A stretch of DNA of 64,000 nucleotides from the NCBI GenBank assembly GCA_017522065.1, contig JAFXAD010000055.1, forward strand, positions 1,072 through 65,071. Direction: 5' to 3'. This document shows positions 18,101 through 26,600 of this stretch, piece by piece; the stretch's first letter is position 1, and the number at the start of each line of letters is the position of its first letter. The translations under genes were made by a program, and so were the position numbers. Under the pieces are notes generated by a model, which worked only from the letters and a program-made list of their open reading frames with translations, searched no databases and was not told the DNA's origin. Source of the DNA: Bacteroidales bacterium. Its GTDB lineage: Bacteria > Bacteroidota > Bacteroidia > Bacteroidales > P3.

Positions 18101-20529
18101 AACAGTAACGTTCCTAACTGGAATAACAGTGTTGATGCAATCCATGCCAATCCTATGGTATAGGCCATCGTGAAGAAGGCCCATTTCCATTTGCCGCTCT
18201 CGTTCTTGATGGCTACAATTGTGCTAAGACATGGCATGTAGAGAAGTATGAAAAGTAGCATCGATGCTGCCGACAGCGGTGTCATGTTCTCGCTGACAAG
18301 CTGTGAGATACGGCTCTCGTTTTCTTCTGCTTCAAAGTCTTCAAGTTGTTCTGCCTCTTCGCTGCTGGTGGCATAGACAACGGTCATGGTGCTGGCTACC
18401 ACTTCTTTGGCAAAAACGCCCGACAGCAACGAAACGCTCTGCTTCCAGTCGAATCCGCAGGGCTTCATCACAGGTTCAATGGTTTTGCCGATTTTGGCCA
18501 TGTAGGAATTCTCGGCCTGCAGCTTCTTGTCGTCGTTGGTGGGGAAATAGCTGAGTGCCCACACGATGATGGAGGCTGCAAGTATGATGGTACCCATCTT
18601 TTTGAGATATTCTTTGCCTTTCTCCCATGTGTGGCGCAATACGGCTTTCGCGGTAGGCATGCGGTAGGGTGGAAGCTCCATGACAAAGGGCAGACTGTCG
18701 CCTTTCACCACAAAACGACTGAACAATTTGGCCATCAGTACAGCCATAATCATTCCAAGCAGGTAGAGTCCGGTCAGCACCAATGCAGCGTATTTGCTGA
18801 AAAATGCTGAGACGAGTATCACGTAAACCGGGATTCGTGCCGAACAGCTCATCATCGGTATGACGAGCATGGTGAGCAAACGGCTTTTGCGGTCTTCTAT
18901 GGTGCGTGTGGCCATGATAGCCGGGACGTTGCATCCAAATCCCATTATCATCGGAATGAAACTTTTGCCATGCAGACCCATCTTGTGCATCAGTTTGTCC
19001 ATGATGAATGCTGCGCGGGCCATATAGCCACTGTCTTCCATAAATGAAATGAATAGGTAGAGTATCAGTATGTTGGGCAAGAAGACGATGACGCTTCCAA
19101 CACCGGCAATGATTCCGTCGGCGAGCAGCGAACGAAGGGGCCCCTCTTCCATATTGTTGTTCACCAAGTCTCCAAGCCATCCGAACAACGCGTCAATCCA
19201 GTCCATAGGATAGGCCCCGAGTGCGAATGTGCAGTAGAATGTAACAAACATGAAGATGAGGAAGATGGGGTATCCTAACCATCGGTGAGTGACTATGGCA
19301 TCGATCCTGTCTGTGTGTCTGTGAAGGGTGCTCTTTTCGTTTTTCTTGTAGCACTCGGCCAGTGCACCTCGCACAAAGGCGTATTTCGCATCGGTGATGG
19401 CACTCTCTATGTCTTGATGCTCTGCCTTGACGGTCATCTGGTGACCTTTGCTGATATCTTTGTCTATCAGTCGGCGGCCACTGCTTTTCTTGAATTCGTC
19501 GGCAAGGCGGTTGCGCATCTTCAATACGCTCCCGTCGGGGTCGTGCTCAGTGGTGTACTGCTCTAACTGGTGGTCGTTTTCCAACAGTTTGATGCTAAGG
19601 AAACGTGTGGAGAGCGTGTCGCTGAATCCATGCTCATACAGCTCGGTCCGAAGTTTCTTTATATACTGTTCCAGCTCGTTGCCGTGGTTGACATGGATGT
19701 GGCGTGTCTTGGTGTCGCGTCCTTCATAGACTTCTATTATCTTGTCGAAAAGCCTGTCGATACCCTCTCCGTTACGTCCGGTGGTGGGGATGATAGGCAT
19801 GCCCAACAGGGTGCTCAGCTGCTCGATGTCTAGCTCGTCACCGCTCCGCTTCAGTTCGTCAAACATGTTCAGGGCCATCACCATGGTGATATCCATGTCG
19901 ATAAGCTGTGTCGTAAGATATAGGTTGCGCTCCAGGTTGCTGCCATCTACGACGTTAAGAATGATGTCGGGATTCTTCTCTATGATGTGTTTGCGGACAT
20001 ATAGCTCCTCGGGCGAATATGCACTGAGCGAATAGGTGCCTGGCAGGTCGATGAGATTGAATGTGTAGCCTGCATGCTGGAAAGTGCCTACTTTTTCGTC
20101 TACGGTCACTCCGCTGTAGTTGCCCACGCGTTCATGGGCATGGGCTGCTATATTGAAAATGCTGGTTTTGCCACAGTTGGGGTTGCCGACAAGGGCTACG
20201 TTGATGGTTTTGCCGCGTTCGGCGGCTATATGTTGGGCGGCACTCTGCTCCTCAATCTCAATGCCTCGGTAGTCGTTGTGATTAGCAATCTCTTGTTCGG
20301 CCTCTTCCTCGCTCACTATCTCGACTTTCGCGGCATCACTGCGACGCAGCGACACTTCGAAGTTCATTATACGGTACTTGATGGGGTCGTTCAGTGGAGC
20401 GTTGAGGATTGATTCTACAGTTACTCCTTTGATGAAACCCATCTCTATGATACGCTTCCTGAATGCTCCGTGTCCGGAGACACGGACCACTACGCCTTTT
20501 GCACCTGTTTGTAATTCAGAGAGTAACAT
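18097..20529 (-). CDS. feoB: ferrous iron transporter, FeoA-FeoB fusion
   Basis: N-terminal FeoA-like SH3 domain (GAKGVVVRVSGHGAFRKRIIEMGFIKGVTV), G domain VALVGNPNCGKTSIFN, and a polytopic C-terminal permease. Confidence 0.95.
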   Translation of the reverse strand: MLLSELQTGAKGVVVRVSGHGAFRKRIIEMGFIKGVTVESILNAPLNDPIKYRIMNFEVSLRRSDAAKVEIVSEEEAEQEIANHNDYRGIEIEEQSAAQHIAAERGKTINVALVGNPNCGKTSIFNIAAHAHERVGNYSGVTVDEKVGTFQHAGYTFNLIDLPGTYSLSAYSPEELYVRKHIIEKNPDIILNVVDGSNLERNLYLTTQLIDMDITMVMALNMFDELKRSGDELDIEQLSTLLGMPIIPTTGRNGEGIDRLFDKIIEVYEGRDTKTRHIHVNHGNELEQYIKKLRTELYEHGFSDTLSTRFLSIKLLENDHQLEQYTTEHDPDGSVLKMRNRLADEFKKSSGRRLIDKDISKGHQMTVKAEHQDIESAITDAKYAFVRGALAECYKKNEKSTLHRHTDRIDAIVTHRWLGYPIFLIFMFVTFYCTFALGAYPMDWIDALFGWLGDLVNNNMEEGPLRSLLADGIIAGVGSVIVFLPNILILYLFISFMEDSGYMARAAFIMDKLMHKMGLHGKSFIPMIMGFGCNVPAIMATRTIEDRKSRLLTMLVIPMMSCSARIPVYVILVSAFFSKYAALVLTGLYLLGMIMAVLMAKLFSRFVVKGDSLPFVMELPPYRMPTAKAVLRHTWEKGKEYLKKMGTIILAASIIVWALSYFPTNDDKKLQAENSYMAKIGKTIEPVMKPCGFDWKQSVSLLSGVFAKEVVASTMTVVYATSSEEAEQLEDFEAEENESRISQLVSENMTPLSAASMLLFILLYMPCLSTIVAIKNESGKWKWAFFTMAYTIGLAWIASTLLFQLGTLLL

Positions 20530-20555
20530 TGCTTTGCGGTTTTGTTTGATTTTTG

Positions 20556-20563
20556 CAAAATTA
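20556..20563 (-). promoter_or_regulatory. Bacteroides-type -7 promoter motif (TAATTTTG)
   Basis: 27 nt upstream of the feoB ATG at 20529. Confidence 0.4.
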
Positions 20564-20627
20564 CACTCTTCTTTTGGATGGTGAAATCCCTAAAATTAGG
20601 GATTTTTAATATCGGGTATCAGCACTG

Positions 20628-21101
20628 TCAGAATATTTCCTTGATGGTGTGCGATATGCCATTCACAATGAAACTGTCGCCAACGGATTTGTTCTTGATT
20701 GCCTGATAGATGGGCGTCTGTGCACTGATGGCGAAATAGTATTGCATTCCGGTAGGCGACTCGGCATCGTTTACCACAAACTTGCCGGCGCCTATGCTGA
20801 GGAAGAAGCGTTGTTTGTCTGTGACTACAATCGAGCCGTGCTCGGCGCGGTCGAAGGGAGACAGTCTTATGGCTTCCTGCAGATAGCGCAGGCTGGCATT
20901 GGCATTGCTGAGTTGTTTGGCGTACATGTCGCGTGTACGCATCATTTTTGTCCGGTAGCTGTCATATCGGTCTACGTTGGCTCCGTATTCGTTGCTCTGC
21001 TGCTGGGCCGAGTCCATTTCCTGCTTCGCAACGCCCGCTATGTGCTGTTGGTGGGATATGAGACTTTGGATTACTCTGATGCGTTTTTCTTCTCGTGTCA
21101 T
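20628..21101 (-). CDS. GreA/GreB C-terminal-domain-like protein (function label tentative)
   Basis: 157 aa. N-terminal coiled-coil-like region. The C-terminus TPIYQAIKNKSVGDSFIVNGISHTIKEI resembles the Gre C-terminal SPIGxALLGKKVGD motif. Confidence 0.55.
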   Translation of the reverse strand: MTREEKRIRVIQSLISHQQHIAGVAKQEMDSAQQQSNEYGANVDRYDSYRTKMMRTRDMYAKQLSNANASLRYLQEAIRLSPFDRAEHGSIVVTDKQRFFLSIGAGKFVVNDAESPTGMQYYFAISAQTPIYQAIKNKSVGDSFIVNGISHTIKEIF

Positions 21102-21106
21102 AATCG

Positions 21107-21142
21107 GAAAAAAGAAAAGGACGGTCGCATTCGTGACCGCCC
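21107..21142 (-). terminator. intrinsic terminator after the aminotransferase gene
   Basis: On the minus strand, GGGCGGTC-ACGAATGC-GACCGTCC (8 bp including one G-U) followed by TTTTCTTTTTT. Confidence 0.45.
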
Positions 21143-21167
21143 TATGATTATTGTTGTTTTCAGCCTG

Positions 21168-22382
21168 TTATAGGCGGCCTGGGTAGACTTTCAGTGCTTC
21201 TTCAAGGCATTTGACGGCTGCTTGTAGATCCTCTTTGCACAGGCAGTATGTGATGCGTGCCTGATGGCGGCCGCGTTCGGGATCGACATAGAATCCGGTG
21301 GCGGGAGCAAGCATTACGGTGGCTCCCTTGTAGCTGAAGTCTGTCAGCAACCATTGGCAGAATTTGTCGCTGTCGTCGACAGGAAGGTCGATGACGGTGT
21401 AGAACGCACCTTTAGGCATCGGGCAGAAGCATCCGGGTATCTTGTTGATACCCTCAACGATGACGTTTCGGCGAGATACATACTCGGCCTGTACTTTGTC
21501 GAAATATTCCTGAGGAGTGTCTACTGCTGCCTCTGCGAAAATCTGGCCAAACGAGGGCGGCGACAGACGTGCCTGTGCCAGGCGCATGGCAATTGCATAG
21601 ACTTCGCTGTTGCGTGTCACCATGCATCCTACACGGGCTCCACATGCGCTGTAGCGTTTCGAGACCGAGTCGAAAAGGATGGTGTTGCGCTCCAGCCCTT
21701 CAAGCTGCATTACGCTGAAGTGTTTATGGCCGTCGTAGCAGAATTCGCGGTACACCTCGTCGGCAAAAAGGAACAGGTCGTATTTCTTGACCAAGCCTGC
21801 AACTTTAAGCAACTCCTCGTGGGTGTAAAGATAGCCGGTCGGGTTGTTGGGGTTGCATATCATTATGGCTTTGGTGCGCGGAGTGATGACTTTCTCGAAA
21901 TCCTCGATGGGAGGCAATGCGAAACCGGTCTTGATGTCGCTGGGGATGGTGACAATCTTGGCGTCGCAAAGCTTTGCGAAAGTGTTGTAGTTGGTGTAGT
22001 ATGGCTCGGGGATGATAATCTCATCGCCAGGATTGAGACATACGGTGAAGGCCATCTGGAGTGCCTCGCTGCCGCCAGTGGTGACGATTACCTGATTCGG
22101 TGTCACGTCGATGCCGTGGCGGTGGTAGTAGTTGCACAGTGCACGGCGATAGCTCGGTATGCCGGCAGAGTGGCTGTATTCGAGAACGCCTTTCCATTCG
22201 GGCAACTCGCGGGCTTTGTCTGCCAGGGCTGCCAAGGCACCTTTAGGGGTCTCAATGTCCGGCTGGCCGATGTTGAGGTGGTATACGTGGACGCCACGCT
22301 CCTTGGCTGCATCCGAGAAGGGGACAAGCTTCCTGATTGCCGATTGCGGCAACTCCATTCCTTTGTTTGAAATCTGTGGCAT
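21168..22382 (-). CDS. PLP-dependent aminotransferase, class I/II (aspartate-aminotransferase-like)
   Basis: NPNNPTG motif and SVSKRYSACGARVG (PLP lysine). 404 aa. Confidence 0.9.
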   Translation of the reverse strand: MPQISNKGMELPQSAIRKLVPFSDAAKERGVHVYHLNIGQPDIETPKGALAALADKARELPEWKGVLEYSHSAGIPSYRRALCNYYHRHGIDVTPNQVIVTTGGSEALQMAFTVCLNPGDEIIIPEPYYTNYNTFAKLCDAKIVTIPSDIKTGFALPPIEDFEKVITPRTKAIMICNPNNPTGYLYTHEELLKVAGLVKKYDLFLFADEVYREFCYDGHKHFSVMQLEGLERNTILFDSVSKRYSACGARVGCMVTRNSEVYAIAMRLAQARLSPPSFGQIFAEAAVDTPQEYFDKVQAEYVSRRNVIVEGINKIPGCFCPMPKGAFYTVIDLPVDDSDKFCQWLLTDFSYKGATVMLAPATGFYVDPERGRHQARITYCLCKEDLQAAVKCLEEALKVYPGRL

Positions 22383-22415
22383 ATTGAATTGTAGATTGTG
22401 GTTAATAATGAATGG

Positions 22416-22820
22416 TTATTGCTCTACTTTACCTTTGATTTTCAGAGTTACGCGCGGCGAATCAATTGCGTTGCTCGTTACGGTGATGGTCTTGGTGAAA
22501 CCACCGACGTTGTTGGTGTTGTAGCGTACTTTTATGGTTCCGGTCTTGCCAGGCATGATGGGCTCTTTGGTCCATGACGGTGTGGTGCATCCGCAGCTGG
22601 CTTTCACGTTGCTGAGGATAAGGGGCTCGTTGCCTTCGTTGGTAAAGGTGAACTCGCAATTGCCGTCACCTCCTTTTTTAAGGGTCCCGTAGTTATGCTC
22701 CAGTTCGCTGAAACTGATTTTCGGGCCGTTCATAGGTTGGTCCTGAGTTTTTACGTCTTGTGCGTTAATCATTGTGAACGCCATGCTCACAAACAAACTT
22801 AACAAAAAGAATTTCTTCAT
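22416..22820 (-). CDS. DUF1573 domain protein
   Basis: Start chosen at MKKFFLLSLFVSMAFTMINAQ. The ASCGCTTP motif is typical of DUF1573. TACCTTTG lies 44 nt upstream. Confidence 0.8.
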   Translation of the reverse strand: MKKFFLLSLFVSMAFTMINAQDVKTQDQPMNGPKISFSELEHNYGTLKKGGDGNCEFTFTNEGNEPLILSNVKASCGCTTPSWTKEPIMPGKTGTIKVRYNTNNVGGFTKTITVTSNAIDSPRVTLKIKGKVEQ

Positions 22821-22863
22821 GATAGAATTGTTTTTTGATTGTTCAACGTTTATTTTTGATGTG

Positions 22864-22871
22864 CAAAGGTA
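22864..22871 (-). promoter_or_regulatory. Bacteroides-type -7 promoter motif (TACCTTTG)
   Basis: Upstream of the DUF1573 ATG at 22820. It supports the short start over the 206-aa ORF. Confidence 0.4.
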
Positions 22872-22944
22872 CACTTTTATTTTTTTTCTTTGTTGTGTTG
22901 TGTCAAAATTAATTTTTTTTATGTTTTGATCGTTAGAGGTGTTT

Positions 22945-23155
22945 TTCGCCTGAAAAGTTTGAAATCGAATGTTAAAAATACTAAAGCCGCCTGTTCTTCC
23001 CGGCATTGCAGACGGTGTCGTCCGTCGTCGATGCATTGGGTCTCTTTGTCAAACTCGGTTTCTGTTTTGTATTACTCAAGACGGTTTTATTGCATCTTTT
23101 TCAAACAAGAAAAGCCATACAAGGGACCTTCCTGTATGGCTTTGCGGAAACATTT
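22945..23155. repeat. intergenic repeat element, copy A (partner at 33365-33585)
   Basis: By hand alignment, the core 23015-23155 matches 33447-33585 at roughly three quarters identity without indels over long stretches (for example GTCGTCGATGCA..GGGTCTCT...CTGTTTTGTATT.CTCAAG...ACAAGAAAAGCCATACAAGG). Weaker similarity extends to about 22945. Confidence 0.7.
23102..23140 (-). terminator. intrinsic terminator of the giant-protein/lipoprotein unit (inside repeat copy A)
   Basis: On the minus strand, GCCATACAGG-AAGGTCC-CTTGTATGGC followed by TTTTCTTGTTT. Confidence 0.6.
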
Positions 23156-23202
23156 GTTATTATGCGATATTTCGGTAACCCGGTTTACACAGGTGTACGC
23201 CC

Positions 23203-23679
23203 CTACTGTGTGACAGCCCAAAACTGTATCTGCAAAGGCTCGGCGGCGGTGCCTTGCTGGCCGCCGTTGACGAAGGGGAAGGTGGTGTCGGTGTTGAAGA
23301 TGTTGTGCAGCTTGTGGGAGTAATAGCGTAGGGCTATCTGTCCGTAGGGCTGCGAAGGGGCGTGGATGAAGAGGAAGAAGCGCCCGAGGTCGTCGCACTG
23401 GGCAACGCCTACACATTCGTCGCCCACAAAGGCGCCGAGTCGGTCGTCGACGTCGGTCGTCCAGATGTCGGAGGGTACTGGCGTATCGTCGGCCATCTGC
23501 AGGTTCACCTGGATCACGGCGGTCATACTGCTCGAATAATCGTAGTCGGAATCGGCCACCCAGGCAGGGTCGTCGATGTTGCCTTGTATGGAAAACGGTT
23601 TTTCGCTGACTTCTTCCTTGCCACAGGAGGCAAGGAAGAAGAGAGCAGCGAGTGCTATTGTCATTATTTTGTTTTTCAT
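23203..23679 (-). CDS. lipoprotein with a domain homologous to a C-terminal module of the upstream giant protein
   Basis: Lipobox LASCG. ATGA overlap with the giant gene stop. Segment DDRLGAFVGDECVGVAQ...FFLFIHAPSQPYGQIALRYYSHKLHNIF aligns with NDVVVALLGNDIVGRAN...LYLTIHGNEAFEGMPVHFRLWQASTGRIY in the giant protein. Confidence 0.7.
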   Translation of the reverse strand: MKNKIMTIALAALFFLASCGKEEVSEKPFSIQGNIDDPAWVADSDYDYSSSMTAVIQVNLQMADDTPVPSDIWTTDVDDRLGAFVGDECVGVAQCDDLGRFFLFIHAPSQPYGQIALRYYSHKLHNIFNTDTTFPFVNGGQQGTAAEPLQIQFWAVTQ

Positions 23680-26600
23680 TTCTTGATGAGTTTAATCGTG
23701 GTTATTGTTCCGTTATTGTTCACCGTAGCGAAGTATACGCCTGCGGCAAGGGTGGTTGTGGGTGTCCATCGTGTGCTGGTGATGCGGTCGATAAGGACGC
23801 CGCTGGCGTTATAGATAGTGATGGTGAAATCATCCGCCCAGCCGTCGGTCGAGGTGAAGTCTACGTGGTCGGTAAACGGGATTGGGTAGGCGGTGATAGT
23901 TGAAAGTTGAGAGTTGGAAGTCGAGAGTATTACGGGGTCGGTCAGCGTGCCGTAATGACGGTTGGGGACTGCGGAAACGGAAATCGGAGAGCGGAGAGCG
24001 GAAATCGGAGCTACGCTGGTCTGCGTTCCGTCCTGCTCAATAACAAAGGTGATTTCGCCAGCGTTGTCGGTTCCGAGGGTGAGGAAGAACAGTGTGTCGC
24101 CATCGACAACCTGCGGGGTGACGGAGCAGACGGGGGTGCCGTTGATGTAAGCCGTTAGCTGAGAGTTCTGAGCTGAGAGCTCTGGGCTGAGTGCTGCGAT
24201 GATTGTCATATTGGTGGCAGGTGAGTTGAAAGTTGAGAGTTGAGATTTGAAATCAGGCTCAGCGTTTTGCTTTCCGTTTTCCGCTTCCTTGTTGCCGTTG
24301 CGGAAGGTGAAGTTCACTGTGGACTCGGCGTTTCTGTAGAGCAGGTAGCCTTTGCCTGGGGTGAGGACCTTCAGCGAGCCTTCCCAGCGCTCGTTCTCCG
24401 AGAAGACGGCGAACTCGGTCTGCGATTTGATGATGTCGCCGACGGTGACGTTCTCGATATAGTCGGCCATAGCGTTAGTCAGGTTCAGCGTGTTGTTTAG
24501 CAGGTAGGGGAAGGCGTTCCAGCCGTGATGCAACTGGATGGTACGTTCGGCATCGGTGGCAAGGCGGCGTCCGGCCATCTGCGTATTGTTGTGGAAGTCG
24601 GCGGTGCGCATCAGGTACATCTGCCTGTAGTCCAGGCTGTAGAATGTGCCCGTCCACTGCTCGCCGTCCCATTCGGCAAACTGCTGTGTGGCGACGCTCT
24701 TCAGTTGGTCGCCCTGGCTCCACGGCGTAGAGCTGTAGAGGAGGTCGCCGACAGATGCGTTGCTGTCGGGTTCCAGATAGAACGATATCCAGTTCCAACC
24801 CTGCACGATGTCGAGGCTCTGCACCTCGTTGGCTGAAGTGGAGAGGAGAACTGGTGCCGCCGGCGGCAGGCCCACGGTGGCGTCGTTCTGGTAGCTTACG
24901 TCGGTCGAAGGCATCAGGCTGTAGATGCGTCCTGTCGATGCCTGCCACAGGCGGAAGTGGACGGGCATACCTTCAAACGCCTCGTTGCCGTGGATGGTGA
25001 GGTAGAGGTAGCTGGTGCCGGCTTCGGCGTTGAAGTCGACATTGGCACGTCCGACGATGTCGTTGCCCAGAAGTGCGACGACGACGTCGTTCGGGTCGCT
25101 GTCGTAGGTGCCGTCGACCATCACTTGTCCGCGCAGCGACATCTGGCGAGCGTAGCCGCGGGGGTTGTCGTCGTCCCACGGGCAGATGGCCTTGATTTCG
25201 ACCATGATTTTCAGTGGTTCGCTGAGGCCGTCTTCGTCGGTGAGGTAGATTATTTCAGAATAGATGCCGACGGGCAGGTTGTGGTCGATGGTGAAACGCA
25301 GGCCGATGGTCTCTTGCGGGTTGATGCTGCCGTAGGCTTGGCTGACGCTCATCCAGCTGGGCAAGCCCTCGATGGTGAACTGGTGTCGGCGTCCGCTGAT
25401 GTTCTGGATGTCGGCCGTCAGCTCAAAGTCGTCGACCATAGTCTCGTAGAAGACTGCCTGGAGGCGATTTTCGCTCCAGAGCAGCACGTTCTTGTTGACA
25501 TACACCTGCCACATAGTGGGGCTCACTGTGCGGTTGCCGTTGAGGTCTTCCACGTTACGCACGGTGATGAAGATGTTGTTCTTGTTGATTTCGCGGTCGA
25601 GCATATTGATGTTGATGAGCAGCTCGTCCTGGTTGAAGCTCCAGTCGAAGTTCATCTTGGTCAGCAGGCCGCGTTCGCGCACGGGTGCGATGTCCTCGTC
25701 GGTTGCAAACTGGGTGTTGAGGGTTGAGAAATCCGGTACGGTGACAAGGGGTTGTATTTTTTCAACTACCGTGCCATCGGTGGTGCGGAAAATCTTGCGG
25801 TTGTTGATAGAGAAATGTTCCTCCATGATGCCGTTGCTGTTTTCGACCTGCTCGCTGAAGGGCAGCCATGCCACCAGGCCCATTTCGTCGCCGTAGGGTG
25901 CGATGTTGTCGTAGGTCTCCACCAGATTTTTGGGCAGTGCCTGTTCGAAGAGCACCAGTTCGTCGATGGTGCCATTAAGCACATCGCAGTTCCAGGCACC
26001 TCCGAGCATCATGTCGCCGCTCAGACCGCTTAGTGTATCGGTGGCGAAGGTGTTCATCAGGTTGCCGTCGACGTAGATGGCGGCATTGTTCTGCGTGCGG
26101 TTGACGGTCAGCACGTAGTGGTGCCAAGCGCCATCGGCGAGGTTGCCGCTGGCCTGCTGCATCATGTTGCCATTGCGGAAACGGAGGCTGCCGTTCTCGA
26201 TGGCTATGAGTGTGCCGTCGAAACCGTCGACGCCCTGATAGCCGCGCTGGCGCCAGCCGGCGGAGAAGAGGGGCGCGTTGTTTGCCTCGGTGCGGAACCA
26301 GAACATAAGGGTGTAGTCCTGAATGGCCGAGCGCGAGAAGATGTCCTGGTCGAGGCTGACGGGCTGTGTGCCGTCGAGGTGCAGGGCATAGCCGGCGGGG
26401 GTGGTCCAGGCAAATCCTTGGAGGGTCAGCGTGGAGCCACTGGCAAGGTCGGCGCAGGTGTTGCCGCGGCCTTCGTTCATCGGGTAGTATGCCGCCAGTT
26501 TCTTCTCGTAGCCCGTAAGGGGCTTTTCATGGGTCTCAACAATCTCTGCCTGGTTCAAGGCCTTGATCCATACACGTGTCTCCAGCATATTGCCGCGGTA

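Noticed and set aside
22416-23036. The 206-aa version of the DUF1573 ORF, and the 5699 (TTG) start of ribD.
   Set aside because: The upstream extensions translate to non-protein-like sequence and contain the TAnnTTTG promoter motifs. The internal ATGs give a normal signal peptide (DUF1573) or a normal RibD N-terminus.
23006-23323. Plus-strand ORFs crossing the two repeat copies (23006-23323 and 33371-33670) give similar peptides (VVDA.GL..K...CFV.LK.V.LH...TRKAIQGT).
   Set aside because: The similarity follows from nucleotide identity. Differences between the copies hit first and second codon positions freely. The frames diverge after a 1-nt indel near 23125 / 33556. Both ORFs run antisense into real genes.
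23971-24010. Short-period repeats (CGGAAATCGGAG...AGCGGAGAG...) considered as a CRISPR or microsatellite locus.
   Set aside because: They lie in frame inside the giant CDS (APISALRSPISVSAV). There is no repeat-spacer periodicity and there are no cas genes. They are discussed only as part of the 19-mer finding.
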